Assembly: GCA_001823535.1 (NCBI GenBank)
Contig: MHUT01000011.1
Coordinates: 9,864 to 73,863, forward strand
Length of the DNA stretch: 64,000 bases
Direction of reading: 5' to 3'
From: Candidatus Yonathbacteria bacterium RIFCSPHIGHO2_02_FULL_44_14
Lineage (GTDB): Bacteria > Patescibacteriota > Minisyncoccia > Phycocordibacterales > UBA1550
Of this stretch, positions 57,559 through 64,000 are shown piece by piece. Below the pieces are notes generated by a model. It saw only the letters and a list, made by a program, of their open reading frames with translations, had not been told where the DNA came from and did no database searches. Numbering within the stretch: position 1 is the first letter of the stretch; every line of letters starts with the position of its first letter. The translations under genes were made by a program, and so were the position numbers.

Positions 57559-58164
57559 ATGTCCCAACTCACAAAAAAAATACGTGCGTCTATCTCGGGA
57601 GTCAGCCCTCGAGATTTAATATATCCGGGAATCGTTCTTTTCTTTTTTATCATAGTTGGAATTCTTTTTTTTCTCGCTACGCAGTTCATCGCCAAGAACA
57701 TTAACAATGCCTTTTTAGGCGACACAGAAACTGAGCCAAATACTCTCAATGTGGCAAATTATACTCTCGTGGCAAATAAACTTGGTATCAGTGCTATCCC
57801 ACAAAAAAACACCATCAGTACTCCTTCTGCTGTTTCATCTACCACCACAAAAAAAACCAGTGTCACTCAAGTGTCTAATGTTTCCGATATAAACTCTCTC
57901 ACCATTAACATTTTGAACAGTACAACAAAAAAAGGTGTTGCGAGCGCTCTCGCGCAGTCGCTTGAGTCTCTGGGGTACGCCAGAGCAACAACGGGAAACG
58001 AGAAAAAGTTGTATGCTACCACTACAATCATTATCAAAGAGAACAGGTCTTCTTTTGGACCCGCCCTTCTTGAAGAAGTAAAGAAATTTTATTCTGAGGT
58101 CACAATGGCAACAACTACAGAAGTAGCCAACTTTGACGTGACCGTAATCATCGGCACGCACTAA
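57559..58164 (+). CDS. Membrane protein with LytR C-terminal-like domain
   Basis: INILNSTTKKGVAS...LGY...GN...DVTVIIG. Confidence 0.75.
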   Translation: MSQLTKKIRASISGVSPRDLIYPGIVLFFFIIVGILFFLATQFIAKNINNAFLGDTETEPNTLNVANYTLVANKLGISAIPQKNTISTPSAVSSTTTKKTSVTQVSNVSDINSLTINILNSTTKKGVASALAQSLESLGYARATTGNEKKLYATTTIIIKENRSSFGPALLEEVKKFYSEVTMATTTEVANFDVTVIIGTH

Positions 58165-58257
58165 AACTCATCAATTTAAGCAGGTTATAGGAACTCAAAA
58201 GACTCACGCGCTAATAATTTTTCTTTGCACGAGTGCATGTGATATAATATAAAGACT

Positions 58258-59910
58258 ATGGAAAAAAAGATGCAAACGGTGGACGCTATTCGTGAGGCTG
58301 GTTTTGAAGGGGAAATTTTAAGCGATGCCGCAAACCTTATCCGCTACGAAAACGACACAAGTTTGTTTGAACTCCGCCCGGCACTTGCGGTAAAGCCAAA
58401 AGATGCAACCGATATCAAAAAGCTTGTTTCTTTTATTGCAAGTATAAAAGATGAGAATCCAACACTGTCTGTCACTGCGCGCGCTGCGGGCACTGGCATG
58501 GCGGGTGGTGCGCTCAATGAGTCAATTATCATCGATGTGGCGAACATGAACCATATCAAAAGCGTTACTGCGGAACGTGTTGTTGTAGAGCCTGGCGTTT
58601 TTTATCGTGACATGGACGCGGCAACAAAAGAAAAAGGGGTCATTATGCCGTCCTTCCCCGCATCACGCAACATTTGCGCAGTAGGTGGCATGACCGGCAC
58701 CAACGCATCTGGCGAAATGACCCTCACTTATGGAAGTACCGAAAATTGGGTAAAGCGTCTGAGGGCTGTCCTCTCGGACGGCAATGAATACGAATTCAGC
58801 CCGCTTACGGTGTCACAGCTCGAGGAAAAGAAAAAACTCCAGGGTTTTGAAGGTGACATATACCGTCGCACATATGATCTCATCGAAAATAATTATGACC
58901 TCATAAAAAAAGCGAAGCCAAATGTTGCAAAGAATTCGACGGGCTATGCGCTCTGGAACGTCTGGGACAGACAGACTTTTGACCTTACTAGACTTTTCAC
59001 GGGCTCTGAGGGTACACTCGGCATTTTTACTGAAATTGAATTTGCTCTTATTAAACCGAGAGAGCACCGCAAGCTCGTAGTTATCTTTTTGAAGGACTTC
59101 GCCATGCTTTCGGAAGTTGTTGCGAAGGTGCTCACCCACAAACCAGAGACATTTGAGTCGTATGATGATCATACGTTCCAATTTGCCATTCGCTTCTTCC
59201 CTGATATTGTAAAGTCTCTGAAGACAGGTATTATCAAGCTCGGTTTGTCATTTATTCCGGAAGTATTGATGGTCCTTAAGGGCGGATTCCCAAAACTTGT
59301 GCTCCTTGCTGAATTCACCGGCGATACAGAAGAAGAGGCGACCCAAAAAGCGAATATTGCATTTGAGGACATCAAGCAACTGCCTGTACAAATAGAAATA
59401 ATGCGCACTCAAAAAGATGCAGAAAAATTTTGGACGATTCGGCATGAGAGTTTCAATCTTTTACGCAAACACGGCGGGAGCGACAAGACCGCTCCCTTTA
59501 TCGACGACATTATCGTAGCGCCAGAAAAACTTCCTGAATTTTTGCCAAAACTCGCTGAAGTAATGAAAGAGTACAAACTTACCTATACCATTGCTGGCCA
59601 TATCGGCGATGGCAACCTGCATATCATCCCCCTTATGAACCTACGCAATGCTCACGACCGCGATATCGTGATGGAGCTTTCCCAAAAAGTGTTTGACTTG
59701 GTGTTTTCGTTTGGCGGTTCTATGTCTGCGGAGCACAATGACGGACTTATCCGCACCGCATACCTCCGCCAAATGTACGGAGACAAAATCTACAGTTTGT
59801 TTGAAGAAACAAAGGATATCTTTGATCCCAAGAATATCTTTAACCCGGGCAAAAAAGTGTACGGACATGATCTCGCATATATAAAAGACCATATTGATAA
59901 AGTGTATTGA
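58258..59910 (+). CDS. FAD-binding oxidoreductase (D-lactate dehydrogenase/GlcD family)
   Basis: RAAGTGMAG, GSEGTLG, GHIGDGNLH, AEHNDG, FDPKNIFNPGK. Confidence 0.9.
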   Translation: MEKKMQTVDAIREAGFEGEILSDAANLIRYENDTSLFELRPALAVKPKDATDIKKLVSFIASIKDENPTLSVTARAAGTGMAGGALNESIIIDVANMNHIKSVTAERVVVEPGVFYRDMDAATKEKGVIMPSFPASRNICAVGGMTGTNASGEMTLTYGSTENWVKRLRAVLSDGNEYEFSPLTVSQLEEKKKLQGFEGDIYRRTYDLIENNYDLIKKAKPNVAKNSTGYALWNVWDRQTFDLTRLFTGSEGTLGIFTEIEFALIKPREHRKLVVIFLKDFAMLSEVVAKVLTHKPETFESYDDHTFQFAIRFFPDIVKSLKTGIIKLGLSFIPEVLMVLKGGFPKLVLLAEFTGDTEEEATQKANIAFEDIKQLPVQIEIMRTQKDAEKFWTIRHESFNLLRKHGGSDKTAPFIDDIIVAPEKLPEFLPKLAEVMKEYKLTYTIAGHIGDGNLHIIPLMNLRNAHDRDIVMELSQKVFDLVFSFGGSMSAEHNDGLIRTAYLRQMYGDKIYSLFEETKDIFDPKNIFNPGKKVYGHDLAYIKDHIDKVY

Positions 59911-59949
59911 GGAGCAGAATATTGAATTTGGAAGATTGGATTGATTCAC

Positions 59950-59998
59950 CTCAAAATACAACAGTATTTGCGATTGCAAATACTGTTGTATTTTTGAG
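59950..59998. terminator. Bidirectional terminator
   Basis: aaaatacaacagtatttgc-gatt-gcaaatactgttgtatttt between convergent genes. Confidence 0.75.
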
Positions 59999-60003
59999 TA
60001 CGA

Positions 60004-60801
60004 TTATTTTTTTGCAACAATAAGACTAAGAATAAAAAAAATGAGCGCTACCAAAACAATCGCACCTCCTGACGCAAGGTCAAAGTAATATGACGCAAAT
60101 AAACCTGTAATAACAGATACGAGTGAGAATACAACAGACAAAATGAGTGTTATGCGGAAACCACGCCCGTATTGCATTGCTGAAATAACTGGAATAACCA
60201 TGAGCGCGCCTATGAGAAGCACCCCGACAATACGAATAGATATAGCCACCGCCACCGCCGCAAGCATGACCATCATAAGATTGATTACCTTCACTGGAAG
60301 ACCACTCGCCTCAGCAAGTTCTGGATCAAATGAAGTAAAAAATAGTTCTTTGTAGAGGAATACGACATCAAGGAACACAATTATAGCTAGCGCGATAATC
60401 ACCAATAAGTCGCCTGTTGAAACCGTTGAGATACTGCCGAACAAATAACTAAACAAATTTGCGTTGAATCCCTTCGCAAGAGAGAGAATGATGACCGCAA
60501 CAGCAAGCGACCCCGACAAAAAAAGAGCGAGTACAGATTCTCCAAAGATGCGGCGTGAGTTACGCAAAGACTCGATACCGAACGCGGCAACAACAGAAAG
60601 ACCAATCGCGGAAAAAATAGGATTTATTTTAAGAAGGAGCCCTATGGCGACCCCCGCAAAAGATACGTGCGCAAGCGTATCTGCCATCAATGAATACCTC
60701 CTCACCACAAGAAACATACCGATAAGCGGAGCAACAATACCTATTGCGATTCCAGCCTCAAAGGCGCGCACCATAAAATCATATTGAAATATTTCAAGCA
60801 T
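60004..60801 (-). CDS. znuB: Metal ABC transporter permease (ZnuB-like)
   Basis: ADTLAHVSFAG, YLFGSI, SFDPELA, VGVLLIGALMVIP. Confidence 0.85.
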   Translation of the reverse strand: MLEIFQYDFMVRAFEAGIAIGIVAPLIGMFLVVRRYSLMADTLAHVSFAGVAIGLLLKINPIFSAIGLSVVAAFGIESLRNSRRIFGESVLALFLSGSLAVAVIILSLAKGFNANLFSYLFGSISTVSTGDLLVIIALAIIVFLDVVFLYKELFFTSFDPELAEASGLPVKVINLMMVMLAAVAVAISIRIVGVLLIGALMVIPVISAMQYGRGFRITLILSVVFSLVSVITGLFASYYFDLASGGAIVLVALIFFILSLIVAKK

Positions 60802-60802
60802 A

Positions 60803-61570
60803 TTATTCTTTTTTATTGGTATTGTGCGACACAATCCTTGAGTGTCTGCCGTACAGACGATTTAAAATATGCTCATTCAAGAGGTCATGGGGAAGGCCGT
60901 GACAAACAAGATTATGGTTGAGGCAGAGCACGGTCTTTGTCTCCTGAGAGACTGCGTCAATATCGTGTGATATAAAAATGATAGTAAGATGATGATCTCG
61001 ATTAAGCGATGCCAAAAAATCGTAAAAGGTTTTTTGCGCGCCAATATCAACACCGACAGTTGGCTCATCAAGAATGAGTACATCAGGCTCGCTCGCTAGT
61101 GCTCTCGCTATGAATACACGCTGACGCTCCCCACCCGAAAGATTGCCTATAAGCGTATCTCTATAGCGTGCTATACCAGAAATCTCCATTGCATGTTCGA
61201 CCACCTCTATGTCTTTCTTTGTGAATTTTTCAAAAAATCCAAGGCGTGCGATACGCCCCGTTCGCACCACCTCAAACACCGTTGCGGGGAAATTTTTGTC
61301 AGCTTGAGTTATTCGTTGCGGCACATATCCAATACGGTGCTTTTCCTTGAAATCATGACGGTCCTTTCCAAAAAGTGTGATTACGCCGTTCGTTGGATGA
61401 AGAAGCCCCAAGATTATTTTTATAAGCGTCGTTTTTCCACCTCCATTCGGTCCAATGATACCCAAATACTCTCCCTTACGCACAGTAAAAGTAAGGTCCT
61501 CAATTACGGGGACACTATCGTAAGAAAAACTCACATTTTCGAGCTTGATATATGGTTCTTCTAATTGCAT
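60803..61570 (-). CDS. znuC: Metal ABC transporter ATP-binding protein (ZnuC-like)
   Basis: GPNGGGKTT, IGYVPQ, LSGGERQR, LDEPT, ISHD. Confidence 0.85.
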   Translation of the reverse strand: MQLEEPYIKLENVSFSYDSVPVIEDLTFTVRKGEYLGIIGPNGGGKTTLIKIILGLLHPTNGVITLFGKDRHDFKEKHRIGYVPQRITQADKNFPATVFEVVRTGRIARLGFFEKFTKKDIEVVEHAMEISGIARYRDTLIGNLSGGERQRVFIARALASEPDVLILDEPTVGVDIGAQKTFYDFLASLNRDHHLTIIFISHDIDAVSQETKTVLCLNHNLVCHGLPHDLLNEHILNRLYGRHSRIVSHNTNKKE

Positions 61571-62499
61571 GACATTGCTGTTTTTAAGTTATTCAAGTTC
61601 ATTTCCATTTTTGAAATGTAATCTTCTTTTGATTGTACCTCATCTGGGGTAAGATTTTCAATAGGGTTAAGCACGAGCGTGGTGCCACCAACTTCGCGAG
61701 CAATCAACTCTGAGAACTTCGGACTCGCGACCGTCTCGGAAAAAATATACTTCACTCCCTTTTCGCGCACCAATGAAATAATGCGCGCAAGCTCTCTTGG
61801 TGAAGGTTCCTCGTCTGGGGAAATACCAGCAATAGAGGTTACAGAAAATCCATACTGGCGTGCGATGTAATTAAAGGCTTCGTGCAAAACTATGACGTCG
61901 CGTAACACACACGATGACAGCCCCTCGCGAAAGTGCTGATCAAGTGCGTCTAACGCCGCTAAAAAATGACCTGCGTTGTCATAGAACATATCTTTGTGCG
62001 CAGGGTCAATCTGAATAAGCAGGTCGCGAACGATCTCTGTTTCGCTCTTCATTATTATTGGGTCAAGCCAAAAATGCGGGTCTATTGCACCATTTTTTTC
62101 AATAAGATTCACATTCTGACCCTTGAGTGCAGCTGCCATATTAATAGCATGCTTTGGTCGTGGCGAATTGCCTTGTTCCCATTTTTTGACCCACGGTTCA
62201 AGCGAAGCGCCATTGTAAATCAAAATATCCGCATTCCCTATTTCAATGAGGTCGCGCGCGGATGGCTCGTAGTCGTGTGGCTCCACGCCAGCTGGAACTA
62301 GGCTACGCACCGAGACAAGGTTCCCGCCTACTTCATTCGCAACGTACGAAAGCGGGTAAAAACTTGCGACAATACGAATTCGTTCATTCTGCATATTGCT
62401 GCGGGGAATCCGTAAAGAAAGAAAAAATATCGCACCCCCAACAAGAGTAACGATGGTAATAACGAGGAGGACTTTGCGATTCAAAATTATTTTTAACAT
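61561..62499 (-). CDS. znuA: Metal ABC transporter substrate-binding protein (ZnuA/AdcA-like)
   Basis: EPHDYEP, DPHFWLDP, HEAFNY, NPIE. Confidence 0.85.
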   Translation of the reverse strand: MLKIILNRKVLLVITIVTLVGGAIFFLSLRIPRSNMQNERIRIVASFYPLSYVANEVGGNLVSVRSLVPAGVEPHDYEPSARDLIEIGNADILIYNGASLEPWVKKWEQGNSPRPKHAINMAAALKGQNVNLIEKNGAIDPHFWLDPIIMKSETEIVRDLLIQIDPAHKDMFYDNAGHFLAALDALDQHFREGLSSCVLRDVIVLHEAFNYIARQYGFSVTSIAGISPDEEPSPRELARIISLVREKGVKYIFSETVASPKFSELIAREVGGTTLVLNPIENLTPDEVQSKEDYISKMEMNLNNLKTAMSCN

Positions 62500-62505
62500 A
62501 CCATA

Positions 62506-63081
62506 CTATTTAATTGCTTTGCTGATTGTTTCTAATAACTCTTCTCTCCCATAATGAGTGCGTGCGGAGTATGGCAGAACCAATGCACCCAAAGAAGCTT
62601 CAATCGCCTTTATATTGTGCGAGCGCTCAGTTTGGTTCAGCCGATCAATTTTGTTTGCGACAACGACAAATGGAATATTCTCCGCGCGGAGAATATCTGA
62701 CATCTCTTTGTCATATGCCATTGGTTTTACAGCCGAGTCAACAATAAGCACAACGAGCTGTGCTCGCGCCTCACCGCTTCCCAAATACCATAAAATAAGT
62801 TTTCGAATTTTTTCTGCTCCTTTTGCACCCATTCGCGCAAAACCATAGCCGGGAAGATCTACGAAATAACACTTTTTATTAATAAAAAAGAAGTTAATTT
62901 CCCTTGTTTTGCCGGGCATCGAGCTAGATTTCACCAAATCCTTGCGCATCACGAGAGAGTTGATAACACTGGACTTTCCCACATTGGACCGCCCTACAAA
63001 AGCGACATGGGGGTGTTTTTCTTTTAGAATAGAGTCGGTTCCAATGATGCCTTTCACGAATTCTGCACTAGCGATATTCAT
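62506..63081 (-). CDS. engB: Ribosome biogenesis GTPase EngB/YsxC
   Basis: GRSNVGKSS, PGKT, DLPGYG, NKID. Confidence 0.93.
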   Translation of the reverse strand: MNIASAEFVKGIIGTDSILKEKHPHVAFVGRSNVGKSSVINSLVMRKDLVKSSSMPGKTREINFFFINKKCYFVDLPGYGFARMGAKGAEKIRKLILWYLGSGEARAQLVVLIVDSAVKPMAYDKEMSDILRAENIPFVVVANKIDRLNQTERSHNIKAIEASLGALVLPYSARTHYGREELLETISKAIK

Positions 63082-63241
63082 CCCGTTAGTTTAGCATATA
63101 ACCCTTACAACAAACAAAAGTCATTTGTGACCCATCTGTAGTATAATTACGGATTGGTCACAAATGACTTAGAGAAAAAATTCTTGTAAATTTAGAAATA
63201 ATGGTATACTTTTATTCATTAACAATGATAATTCACAAAAA

Positions 63242-63958
63242 ATGAACGGAGAAAATACAGCAACGACACCTCAAGTACCAGCGCCACAAAATTACGCAAT
63301 TCCCTTTGCGATAGTTATCGCAGGACTCGCTATTGCAGGCGCAATCTATTTTAGCGACACAAAAAAAGATTCCTCACAAGTTGTGACAGCGCAGACAAAC
63401 AGCGAGGTTGAGCCAGTCACCTCTGCTGACCATATTGTTGGTAATCCAAATGCAAAAGTGGTAATTGTGGAGTATTCTGACCTTGAATGTCCGTACTGCA
63501 AATTCTTCCACCCAACCATGCAACGCATTATGGATGAATACGGAAAAGACGGTAAAGTCGCGTGGGTCTACCGACATTTAGTGGTAATTCCTCAACACAC
63601 AAAGGCTCCTCATGAGGCAGAAGCGACTGAATGCGCAAACAAACTCGGTGGAAACGTAAAATTCTGGGAATACATCAACAAAGTGTTTGAGATAACAACC
63701 GGGAATAACCAACTCGACCCCGCAGAACTCCCGAAGATTGCTAAAACTATCGGTCTCGATACTGCTGCATTCAATAAGTGTCTTGATGGTGGCGAAATGA
63801 AAGCATTCGTTGATAACAGTCTCAAAAAGAATAGTGTATTTTCTCAAAATGGCACGCCATTTTCTGTTATTCTTGTGGACAAGAAACCAGTAGACAGTAT
63901 TCAAGGTGCACAACCATATGAAGTGGTGAAAGCTCAAATCGAAGCGGCGCTTAAGTAA
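63242..63958 (+). CDS. DsbA-family thiol-disulfide oxidoreductase, membrane anchored
   Basis: EYSDLECPYC, WVYRH, GTP, GAQPY. Confidence 0.9.
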   Translation: MNGENTATTPQVPAPQNYAIPFAIVIAGLAIAGAIYFSDTKKDSSQVVTAQTNSEVEPVTSADHIVGNPNAKVVIVEYSDLECPYCKFFHPTMQRIMDEYGKDGKVAWVYRHLVVIPQHTKAPHEAEATECANKLGGNVKFWEYINKVFEITTGNNQLDPAELPKIAKTIGLDTAAFNKCLDGGEMKAFVDNSLKKNSVFSQNGTPFSVILVDKKPVDSIQGAQPYEVVKAQIEAALK

Positions 63959-63966
63959 TCGAAAAA

Positions 63967-64000
63967 ATACAGCCCTTCGCATTTGCGAAGGGCTGTATTT
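63967..64000 (+). terminator. Terminator hairpin
   Basis: aatacagcccttcgc-attt-gcgaagggctgtattt. Confidence 0.75.

Overview
A 64-kb chromosomal window from a small-genome bacterium, most likely Patescibacteria/CPR (Parcubacteria-like). This is inferred from gene content and style: degenerate PriA and HolB, many pilins, a cohesin/dockerin pair, stand-alone receiver domains and few Shine-Dalgarno sites. The standard genetic code is used. Contents: housekeeping genes (frr, holB-like, mreB, murA, priA, def, fmt, cyclophilin, hpf, pyk, engB, dsbA), tRNA-Asn, two paralogous sensor kinases, a REP-associated tyrosine transposase (RAYT), P-type ATPases, MacAB-like and ZnuABC-like transporters, and a ~20-kb type IV pilus locus. 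Most unusual non-coding signals: (i) a 27-nt double-hairpin motif in 4 full copies with compensatory base changes, one forming exactly 9 codons of holB; (ii) tRNA-Asn flanked by structured tandem copies of its own 5' end and an inverted copy of its 3' end; (iii) a four-helix-bundle (IVS/Avd-like) gene between pilB and pilC, bracketed by inverted heptamer arrays, with solo arrays elsewhere; (iv) two REP-like palindrome families that also sit in frame inside genes. Most unusual protein: a secreted beta-propeller/SH3-like/lytic-transglycosylase-like protein among the minor pilin genes. All family assignments come from reading motifs by eye; no database searches were run.
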